From the NCBI GenBank assembly GCA_963826185.1, contig CAWGVY010000005.1, positions 142,391 through 206,390 of the forward strand: DNA of 64,000 bases. Direction: 5' to 3'. The stretch is from an uncultured Actinomycetes bacterium. GTDB lineage: Bacteria; Actinomycetota; UBA4738; HRBIN12. This document shows positions 48,210 through 55,593 of this stretch, one piece after another (the stretch's first letter is position 1; the number at the start of each line of letters is the position of its first letter). The notes beneath the pieces are model-generated. The model saw nothing but the letters and a program-made list of their open reading frames with translations. It had not been told where the DNA came from and did not search any database. Both the position numbers and the translations under genes were made by a program.

Positions 48210-48605
48210 TCAGATCGGCATCGTCGTCTGATCGTCGGGAACCACGGTGCGCCCGAACGGCCACAACGCCAGCCCGCTCAGCTTGAACGCCTGCACCCCG
48301 AAGGGGATCCCGATGATGGTGACGCACAGGATGAGGCCCGAGACCAGGCTGAGGAGGAAGAGTTCCCAACCGGCGAGCACCAACCAGATCACGTTGAAGA
48401 TCACCTCGAGGACGCCACCGGCTTCTGGGATACGAACCACGGTGCGCCCGAACGGCCACAGGACGAAACCAGCCAGCTTGAACGCCTGCACGCCGAACGG
48501 GATCCCGATGATCGTGATGCACATCAAGAGTCCGGCGATCGCATACCCGATGGCGAGCCACAGGCCCGCCAGGATGAACCACAGGACGTTGCCGATCGTC
48601 TCCAT
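48210..48605 (-). CDS. YccF-family inner membrane protein (two DUF307 repeats)
   Basis: METIGNVLWFILAGLWLAIGYAIAG...ITIIGIPFGVQAFKLAGFVLWPFGRTVV, then repeated as ...VTIIGIPFGVQAFKLSGLALWPFGRTVV. Confidence 0.85.
   Translation of the reverse strand: METIGNVLWFILAGLWLAIGYAIAGLLMCITIIGIPFGVQAFKLAGFVLWPFGRTVVRIPEAGGVLEVIFNVIWLVLAGWELFLLSLVSGLILCVTIIGIPFGVQAFKLSGLALWPFGRTVVPDDQTTMPI
48241..48460 (-). repeat. intragenic direct repeat: exact 25-mer ACCACGGTGCGCCCGAACGGCCACA at 48241..48265 and 48436..48460 (195-nt period)
   Basis: Read directly. Further near-identical stretches follow (GCTTGAACGCCTGCAC...GATCCCGATGAT). Corresponds to the two DUF307 halves of YccF. Confidence 0.85.
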
Positions 48606-48623
48606 CGTCCCGCGCGAACAGGC

Positions 48624-48815
48624 CTAGCCGGGGGAACGCCGTGCTTCGAACTCGTCGCAGGTGTCGGAACCCTTGATGAGGCCCCGCACGTACTTGCAGC
48701 TCCCGACGTCGAGCCGTGGGAACATCCACTTGCACACCCGGCAGGACACCTCAGGCTTCGGTGCCGGGCGGTAACGCGCGGCCTCCTTCGTGAGGCTCCA
48801 CGTCTTCGGCGCCAT
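48624..48815 (-). CDS. small Cys-containing hypothetical protein (63 aa)
   Basis: GAGGGGA RBS. CRVC...C...C pattern. Lies 18 nt upstream of the YccF gene. Confidence 0.5.
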   Translation of the reverse strand: MAPKTWSLTKEAARYRPAPKPEVSCRVCKWMFPRLDVGSCKYVRGLIKGSDTCDEFEARRSPG

Positions 48816-48836
48816 GACGACGATCCCCTCGGGCCG

Positions 48837-48929
48837 CTACAGGGGCTCGGCCGAACGGCGCCGCATCACGAGTGCGAGCGCGACGCCGATGCCCGCGATC
48901 ACCAGTAGGACCATGAACGCCTTCTTCAT
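48837..48929 (-). CDS. possible 30-aa single-TM micro-protein
   Basis: MKKAFMVLLVIAGIGVALALVMRRRSAEPL, starting at M34 of track ORF 48837..49028 right after GGGAGG. Confidence 0.4.
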   Translation of the reverse strand: MKKAFMVLLVIAGIGVALALVMRRRSAEPL

Positions 48930-49050
48930 CACGACCTCCCCATCGTCGGATGGCTCCAGCCTATCCCTATCCCATGGCCGACGCCGGTACCGCACTAGAT
49001 CCTTCGCGCCCGGTTCAAGGGCCCGCAAGCTCCAGGCGAGCGACCGGCGG

Positions 49051-50220
49051 TCAGCCCATCAACCCTTTCTCGAGGGGCGTTCGGAATCTCGGCGTGATCC
49101 GGACATCGCCGAACCAGTCCTCCAGAGCTCGCGCCTCCGTCGCGATCATCGCCTCGGTCTCCGCGTCCAGCTTCGCAAGGAGCTTCACCGCGATCGTGCC
49201 GTCTCGGGCCTGGCCCCAGGCACCGACCACCTCGCCGTTCGCCCAGACTGTGGGACCGGCGTTGCCGTTGCGATCGAAGAGCTGGGGCGCATGCGAGCCC
49301 AGGTACCAGTCCCGCTCCTTCCATCCCATCGTCGTGGGGTCCAGGCCGGGTAGCAGGCCCACCCAGGGCTCCACCTGCGGTGTGTCGAGATCATCGGGCA
49401 GCACGTAGCCGACACCGCCGTCATCGAGCGACACCTCACACACGTCCATCGCGCTCAGCGTCGCTTTGGTCAGCCGAGCGGTCCACCCCGTCCACCACCG
49501 GATATCGGTGAGCGTGGCAGGCCCGAACGCTCCGAGCCACCGGCCGAGCAGGTCCATGCAGGCCTGGTCGTGATCGACCTCCGGCAGGGGACCGCCGAGC
49601 CAGGCATCCATCAACGTCCATCGGTATCGGCCGGAGGCCCAGCTCCCGTGCGGCCGCCCGCGAACGATCCGACCCTCTGTGGCCAGCAGGAACAGGACGC
49701 GCGTGGACACGCCCACCTCGCCGCCCCACGTCTTCCCCTCGCCGAACGTGAGCTTGGCGGTGAGCTCCGGCACGATCTTCGTCAGCTCGGTGGCGGGCGC
49801 CTCGCCGAGTTCGGCCAGAGCCCGGACGGTCCCTTCCTCGACGCGGTCGAGCCAAGCGGCGCCGTCCGCGGCGATCCCCTGCTCCTCCAACATCCGGATC
49901 AACCGGGCGCGCTGGGCCGGAACGAGCGCTTTGGTGCAGGCTTCATCCATCACCGCTGCCAGGTCCCGGGGCACCACGAAAAGGGTGCGGCGCATCCCGA
50001 GCATCCGAACAAGCGAACGCCTCTCGTAGAGGGCGTCCTCCAGGTCGGACGGCGCCAGATCCGCCACGCGAGCCCGGGCCGAGAGGTACACGGTGGTCGG
50101 ATCGCTCGAGTGGAGACCGACCAGGGCGCCCGCGACCTCGTCCACCGTCGCGGCGGGACGAGCCAGGTGATGGCGTCGACCGAGGCGCGCCCGACGTTCG
50201 TCGACCCCGATCGTCGTCAA
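49051..50220 (-). CDS. winged-helix DNA-binding domain protein of the YcaQ/DUF1006 type
   Basis: RRLGRRHHL...GLHSSDPTTVYLSARAR...YERRSLVRMLGMRRTLFVVPRD...RWWTGW...DRNGNAGPTVWANGEVVGAW. Proposed TTG start at 50220 overlaps the upstream stop (TTGA). Confidence 0.7.
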   Translation of the reverse strand: MTTIGVDERRARLGRRHHLARPAATVDEVAGALVGLHSSDPTTVYLSARARVADLAPSDLEDALYERRSLVRMLGMRRTLFVVPRDLAAVMDEACTKALVPAQRARLIRMLEEQGIAADGAAWLDRVEEGTVRALAELGEAPATELTKIVPELTAKLTFGEGKTWGGEVGVSTRVLFLLATEGRIVRGRPHGSWASGRYRWTLMDAWLGGPLPEVDHDQACMDLLGRWLGAFGPATLTDIRWWTGWTARLTKATLSAMDVCEVSLDDGGVGYVLPDDLDTPQVEPWVGLLPGLDPTTMGWKERDWYLGSHAPQLFDRNGNAGPTVWANGEVVGAWGQARDGTIAVKLLAKLDAETEAMIATEARALEDWFGDVRITPRFRTPLEKGLMG

Positions 50221-51170
50221 TGGGCCGATCGCAGCGACACGAAGCCGTCGAGCTCCAACGTCGTCACATCGTCTGATGGAAGCTTCACCAGCTCCAGGAC
50301 ATGTGGGCCCGGGCCGGTCACGTGGAAGCTGGCCAACACCGCGCGGTGAGTGGTGGTGGGGGCCCAGGCGTTGACGGTGCCTGCCGGTTGTCCATCGATC
50401 GCTACTGAGGCCTCTCCACCGAGCGGGCCCGCCGTCCCGACCACGGCCACCCGGTTCCCGCCGAGGGTGAGGCGGATCGTGGCGCCTTCCTCGGTCGTCG
50501 TCTTGGCGTCGCCTCCCCAATAGTCCGGACCCTGCAGGAACGTCCACGCACCTTCGGAATCCGCCTGATACTGCTGATAACCCTTGACCAGCAAGGGTTT
50601 GCTCGTCGTCGGCTCTGCGAGGCACGATCCCGACGCTCCCACCCTCACCTGGTAGATCGAATAGATCGCGGCGTCCTGTTGGGTGGTGGGCTCGATCGTG
50701 TCCGTGGCCGGCGCCCACGGCGAGTCACCCTCTTTGAGGTGAACGTCGTAGGTGACCTCCGGGGTGCTGCTCGCCGACCACGCTAACCGCAAGGGAACGG
50801 TGGGATGCTCGTCGTCAGACAGCGCAGAGGGGACGACGAACCCGACCCTGGGCCTGCCGGCCGGGGCGACCCGGCAGCCCTGCGACTCGGCCGGGTTGTC
50901 GATCATGATGATCACGCCGATCGCGATCGCCGCCACGGCCATCACGGACGCGGCGATGATCCCCACGATGCCGCTGGTCCTGGGTCTGCTGGGGTCGGCC
51001 TCATCGGTCGCTTCAGGCTCTGCCTCTGGCGATGGGGCCGCACGGACGTCCGTCCCCGCGGCGGGCTCGGTCAGGCCGGGGTCACCCTTAGGGGCCATGG
51101 GCCGCCCGCACTCGGCGCAGTACGCGGAAACCATCCGGCTCCCGCAGTAGTCGCAACGCGCCTCGCCCAT
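50217..51170 (-). CDS. zinc-ribbon / single-TM / lectin-like ectodomain protein (paralogue A)
   Basis: CDYCGSRMVSAYCAECG, TM IVGIIAASVMAVAAIAIGVIIMI, and a C-terminal jelly-roll-like region WGGDAKTTTEEGATIRLTLGGNRVAVVGTAGPLGGEASVAIDGQPAG...HVLELVKL. Paralogous to 54533..55504. Confidence 0.7.
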   Translation of the reverse strand: MGEARCDYCGSRMVSAYCAECGRPMAPKGDPGLTEPAAGTDVRAAPSPEAEPEATDEADPSRPRTSGIVGIIAASVMAVAAIAIGVIIMIDNPAESQGCRVAPAGRPRVGFVVPSALSDDEHPTVPLRLAWSASSTPEVTYDVHLKEGDSPWAPATDTIEPTTQQDAAIYSIYQVRVGASGSCLAEPTTSKPLLVKGYQQYQADSEGAWTFLQGPDYWGGDAKTTTEEGATIRLTLGGNRVAVVGTAGPLGGEASVAIDGQPAGTVNAWAPTTTHRAVLASFHVTGPGPHVLELVKLPSDDVTTLELDGFVSLRSAH

Positions 51171-51244
51171 GTCCGCCCTAGTGTGCCAAATGGGATCGGA
51201 TCGGTTTCAGACGTTCTGCCCCGCCGACCGATACTGTTGCGGTC

Positions 51245-51862
51245 ATGACGAGACGCTCGCTCTACCTCTTGCTCGTTCCGGCCATCTGCGCTTCGCTGTT
51301 CGCCGTGCCCGGGTCAGCCGCTGCCCGGAACGACGGCTTGACCCTGAAGGGCGTGAGCCGGCGAGGGGCCGACGACTACCGCCCCGACGAGTGGATCAAG
51401 CTATGCGGTCTGAGCACCGGCTGCGTCGTCGGTCCTCCGCCCCCACACCCCTGGCACGGGAACGACATCTACAACACCACGGGACGCAAACAGAAGGTCG
51501 CAGTGCGTATGGAGGACGGCGAGGGCGCCCGGTTCTGGATCCTCATGCAGAACGACGGTGTGAAAGCTGACACCTTCGTGTTGAACGGGTGTCCGGGCAA
51601 CAAGCGATTCGTGATCCTCGCGGTGCTTGTGGGTCGACACAAGAGACCCGACTGGCGCGCCGTCAACATCACGAAGGAGTTCCGCAAGGGCACCGCCGAG
51701 TTCACATTCCCGGCGGGCTCGAAGAAGAAGCGCGTGATCACGGTGAACATCCTGGCCCCCACACCTGCGGAAGGCGTGATGTGGCGTTGCCCGATCACGA
51801 TCAGCTCCACGGCCGATCCCTCGCTCAAGGACAAGGTGATCGCTCAGATCACGACGTACTGA
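51245..51862 (+). CDS. secreted hypothetical protein (205 aa)
   Basis: Signal peptide MTRRSLYLLLVPAICASLFAVPGSAAA. Lys-rich, with visibly lower GC than its neighbours. No family recognised. Confidence 0.65.
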   Translation: MTRRSLYLLLVPAICASLFAVPGSAAARNDGLTLKGVSRRGADDYRPDEWIKLCGLSTGCVVGPPPPHPWHGNDIYNTTGRKQKVAVRMEDGEGARFWILMQNDGVKADTFVLNGCPGNKRFVILAVLVGRHKRPDWRAVNITKEFRKGTAEFTFPAGSKKKRVITVNILAPTPAEGVMWRCPITISSTADPSLKDKVIAQITTY

Positions 51863-51869
51863 GGGGCCG

Positions 51870-52922
51870 CTAGTTGCTCTGCTCGAGGGCACCCGTGATC
51901 GTTGCGATATCGCTGCGGTAGGCGCGGCCTCCCGGGATCTTCGAAACGGTCCAGCTTCCCCCATCGATCAACCGCATCGTGAAGTTCACGAGACGCGCCA
52001 CGACCTGGTGCCGGCCCCGGGACACGTCGTAGTCGTACATGGCACCCCGGAGGATCCGGCTCACGACGCCGGTCCGCGCGTCGACACGCACCAGACCGGT
52101 CGGCCCATGGCGGTTCCACGACCACGCCACCAGCGTGCGCGAGTCGATCCAGATCGGCCGCAAGAGCCGCCGGGAGCACGAGCTGGTGGCGAGCACGCGC
52201 CTGCCGGAGCCGTCCGGATGGATCAGGCGGATCTGGCTGCCGCAGCTATCGGCGTCGTCCTGCCAGGTGTAGGCGATCGTGCGCCCACTCGGGCTGAACG
52301 ACGGATACAACGAGTTCCCGTCATCGGTGAGGCGGCGATGCAACAGGCGGTCCGTGCGCAGGACCCAGAGGTCGAACCCAAGCAGATCGGCGTCGTTCCC
52401 CTCGGTCACGGCGACCAGCGGGCGCTTCGGGGCCGCCGCCAGTTGGATCGGGCTGCGCTCGGGCTGGTGGAACTGCACCAGCCGGCGTTCGGCTGAGGTC
52501 GTGAGATCCCGGTACCACACCGAGTTGATCGTCGGGTCCCGCTCGCTGGGGCCGCCGGCACCTTCCCGATCCGGCGTGAAGACCAGGCCCGCCGCTCCCG
52601 GCGTCAGCAGCGAAAGGTGCGCGTCCTTCACGGTGAAGAGTCTCACTCCGGAGGTGGCGTCGACCCCCAGGACGTTCTCGCGGAACGCGTCGACGTTGCG
52701 CGTGCTTGTGAACACGCCCGCGTTGAGCGAGAAGTAGGGCCAGTCGACGCCATGCACCGTGGCGAGCACGGTGCCGTCGGAAGCCGCGATCCTGGCTCCC
52801 GGCCTGCCTGAACCTCCCCAGTACGCGATGGTCGGACCGCTCCCCGCGTCCGCGCTCGCAGGCCACAAGATCGGAGCTGCGATGATCAACGCGGCGATGG
52901 CGTACAGCGGGCGTGGGCGCAT
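51870..52922 (-). CDS. secreted TolB-like beta-propeller protein
   Basis: Start at M73 (MRPRPLYAIAALIIAAPILWPASADA). WD40-like/TolB repeats, e.g. DGNSLYPSFSPSGRTIAYTW and IRLIHPDGSGRRVL. Confidence 0.7.
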   Translation of the reverse strand: MRPRPLYAIAALIIAAPILWPASADAGSGPTIAYWGGSGRPGARIAASDGTVLATVHGVDWPYFSLNAGVFTSTRNVDAFRENVLGVDATSGVRLFTVKDAHLSLLTPGAAGLVFTPDREGAGGPSERDPTINSVWYRDLTTSAERRLVQFHQPERSPIQLAAAPKRPLVAVTEGNDADLLGFDLWVLRTDRLLHRRLTDDGNSLYPSFSPSGRTIAYTWQDDADSCGSQIRLIHPDGSGRRVLATSSCSRRLLRPIWIDSRTLVAWSWNRHGPTGLVRVDARTGVVSRILRGAMYDYDVSRGRHQVVARLVNFTMRLIDGGSWTVSKIPGGRAYRSDIATITGALEQSN

Positions 52923-53131
52923 GTCACAAGTGTTCCATACCAACACGCACGATGAGGGTGCTATGGTTACGACCTCGCCGCAGGGGCGGCCAGATGGAAA
53001 GGGGGTGGGCAACGATGACTGTCGCAACCGTCGTCGTTGCTTCGCGCCCCATCCCGATCGGCTGAGCTCCAGGCACCAGCGATCTCCCGGGGCACGAGGC
53101 GTATCCACCGTGTCTCGATGGAGGTCCTCCG

Positions 53132-53506
53132 ATGTCACGCGAACAACGCCGCGGTGCGCGGCGTAGGGATGATGGCTCGTTCCGCTGCGGCCAGTGCAGG
53201 CTGGACGTTTCGACGCGAGCCCCCGGCACCGCGCACCGCAACCACTGCCCCAACTGCCTCTGGAGCCGTCATCTCGATGACGACCATCCGGGTGACCGCG
53301 ACGCCGATTGCGGCTCCCTCATGGAGCCCATCGCCATCACCGTGCGCGGCGACGGCGAATGGGTGCTGGTCCACCGTTGCGGCGGATGTGACGAGATCCA
53401 TCTCAATCGCACTGCCGCCGACGACAACCCGCTGATCCTGCTCCGGTTGGCGGTCAAACCGCTGGCCCAGCCTCCCTTCCCGATCGAACGGATCGCTCAG
53501 ATGTGA
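53132..53506 (+). CDS. RNHCP-domain zinc-binding protein
   Basis: FRCGQC...HRNHCPNCLWSRHLD...CGSLMEP...HRCGGCDE. GGAGG RBS. Confidence 0.8.
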   Translation: MSREQRRGARRRDDGSFRCGQCRLDVSTRAPGTAHRNHCPNCLWSRHLDDDHPGDRDADCGSLMEPIAITVRGDGEWVLVHRCGGCDEIHLNRTAADDNPLILLRLAVKPLAQPPFPIERIAQM

Positions 53507-53574
53507 ACGCAGATTCCGGCATTGTGCGTCTTGATTCCTTTGACGCAGGATGGGTGTTGGACAAGGAGGGAACG

Positions 53575-54498
53575 ATGCGTCGAGCGGCGGTGACGGTGGC
53601 GACGGCGGTGATGGTGTTGATGGTCTCGGTCGCCCACGCCGGGATGGCTTTGCACAAGGTGGCGGGGGGACCCGGGATCCAATACTGGGCCAGCTCGAAC
53701 GGGGAGTTCGTGGCCTACACCGACTATCGGAAGCGGCGTGGGACCGCCCTGATCCAGAACCTCACGACCGGCCGCAAGACCCGGGTCGCCCCGGGCCAGA
53801 ACTTCATGGGTTCGTTCATCCCCGGCACGGACCGGCTGGTCTACGACCACTGGGACGGCAGGCAGGACGATCTGTACTTCTACGACGTGAGCAGCAAGCA
53901 TCGCACCAAGGCGCCCGCGAAGGTGAACAGCGGCGGCGACGAGTTCCTGCCACTCGGCTCCGCGGATCACCTGCTCTTCCTGCGGAACACCTACACCAAG
54001 GATGGGTCCTTCAAGAACCGGAGCCTGGTGCTGTTCGACCGTGGCGCCGGGAGGCAGCGGCTGCTGCTCCGCAGGATCCGGCAGAAGCAGCTGGTCCTGC
54101 CGACGTTCGTGGGCTCCTCCTATGCGGCGTGGACCGAGTGCAACCGCGATGCATGTCGCATGCGGTACCTGGACATCGCCAGCGGCGATCTGCACACGGT
54201 CAGCAACCCCCACGGGAGGAGCCAGTACGGGCTCGCCTTCGACGAGACCGCGCACCAGATGTACTTCGTGCGAAGCGCGAACGGGAAGTGCGGGGTCAAC
54301 GTCACGATCCGGCGGTCCTCGATCGGGGGAGTATCGACCTCCGAGCGGATCGCGGCGCTGCCGAAGGGAGTGGACACCGGCTGGACGCTGTCGCTGGCCC
54401 CGAACCCCACCTCGATGATGCAGGATCTCTACTTCGAGCGGTACGACTGCAAGCACCAGACCGGCGATGTCTACCGGGTCGACTCGGTGGCCCCCTGA
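53575..54498 (+). CDS. secreted TolB-like beta-propeller protein
   Basis: ATG at 53575 follows AAGGAGGG. Signal MRRAAVTVATAVMVLMVSVAHA. Shares its C-terminal Cys motif with 15947..17488. Confidence 0.7.
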   Translation: MRRAAVTVATAVMVLMVSVAHAGMALHKVAGGPGIQYWASSNGEFVAYTDYRKRRGTALIQNLTTGRKTRVAPGQNFMGSFIPGTDRLVYDHWDGRQDDLYFYDVSSKHRTKAPAKVNSGGDEFLPLGSADHLLFLRNTYTKDGSFKNRSLVLFDRGAGRQRLLLRRIRQKQLVLPTFVGSSYAAWTECNRDACRMRYLDIASGDLHTVSNPHGRSQYGLAFDETAHQMYFVRSANGKCGVNVTIRRSSIGGVSTSERIAALPKGVDTGWTLSLAPNPTSMMQDLYFERYDCKHQTGDVYRVDSVAP

Positions 54499-54532
54499 GC
54501 GAGGCCACATGTCGAGGCGGACGGAGCGGTCC

Positions 54533-55504
54533 TCAGCCCGCTGAGGGTTCCAGCACCACGAAGCCGTCGACCACGAGGCTCGACCCGGTCGATGAGGGGA
54601 GCTTGACCAGCTCCAGGGTGTGTTCTCCGACATGTGGCCAGTCCCATGCAGCCAGCACCGATCGCAAGGTGGTCGCCGCGGCGTCGGCGTCGACGATGCC
54701 GGCCGGCTCTCCGTCGATGGACGCCTCGAACTGCCCCATCGACGGGCCGGCGGTGCCGATCAGCGCCACGGCCCGCCCGACGAAACTCAAGGAGATGCTC
54801 GCCCCGTCCTCCGTCGTCGACTTCGCGTTCCCACCCCAATAGGTGGAGCTCTCCAGGAAGTCCCAGGTCCCCTGATCGTCCGCCTGGTACTGCGGGTAGC
54901 CCTTGACCAGGAACGGCGGGACCCTCGTCCACGGGCTCGTGCAGGAGTCCACGGCCTGCACCCGGAACCCGTAGGTGGAGTACGGAGCGACGTCGCTCGT
55001 CGTCGTTAGGTCCCCATCCGCGTCCAGCGGGCCCCATGCGTCGTCGTTCCGTTGCTGCTGCGCCATGTATGACACACCCGCCGTCGCGCTCGGGTCCCAC
55101 GTGTACGACACCGGGAGCGTGGGCGCCTCATCCATCGTCATCGCGGTCCCCGCGACGAAGGCCGCGTGCGCTGGACCCGGACGTATCACCTCGCAGCCGT
55201 CCCCCCGATCGATCAGCGCCGGTCCGAACACGACGGCCGCGGCGAGCAGTCCCACCACGGCGATGCCGGCAACCACGAGCTTGCCTCGACGGCGTGGCCC
55301 TGTGGGCGCAGGCGGCGGCACCGGGGGAGCCGATCGGCCAGGGTCTGGCCGACGCCCGAACGAGCGCACGAGATCCTTCAGCTCGCCCGTGTGGACCCCG
55401 GGTGCGCCGGGAGGTGCGTCGTCGTCCACCGCGGGCGCCCCACAGTCGGCGCAGTACGCGGACACGAATTCGCTCCCGCATGATCGACAGACCCGGGTCT
55501 CCAC
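54533..55504 (-). CDS. zinc-ribbon / single-TM / lectin-like ectodomain protein (paralogue B)
   Basis: CRSCGSEFVSAYCADCG, TM LVVAGIAVVGLLAAAVVFGPALI, then LVKGYPQYQADDQGTWDFLESSTYWGGNAKSTTEDGASISLSFVGRAVALIGTAGPSMGQFEASIDGEPAG...HTLELVKL. Confidence 0.7.
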   Translation of the reverse strand: METRVCRSCGSEFVSAYCADCGAPAVDDDAPPGAPGVHTGELKDLVRSFGRRPDPGRSAPPVPPPAPTGPRRRGKLVVAGIAVVGLLAAAVVFGPALIDRGDGCEVIRPGPAHAAFVAGTAMTMDEAPTLPVSYTWDPSATAGVSYMAQQQRNDDAWGPLDADGDLTTTSDVAPYSTYGFRVQAVDSCTSPWTRVPPFLVKGYPQYQADDQGTWDFLESSTYWGGNAKSTTEDGASISLSFVGRAVALIGTAGPSMGQFEASIDGEPAGIVDADAAATTLRSVLAAWDWPHVGEHTLELVKLPSSTGSSLVVDGFVVLEPSAG

Positions 55505-55593
55505 GCCGACCGTTCTACCACCTGGAGGCCCGATCCCGACCGGGCCCCCACTCGCCTTGTGCCTCGGCGAGGGCGCGGTATAGCGTTCGCGGC

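Noticed and set aside
51171-55593. Shared 9-mer CGCCGACCG in the two divergent promoters next to the zinc-ribbon paralogues
   Set aside because: It is short, GC-rich and placed at different positions relative to the genes. A chance match is expected in DNA of this composition.
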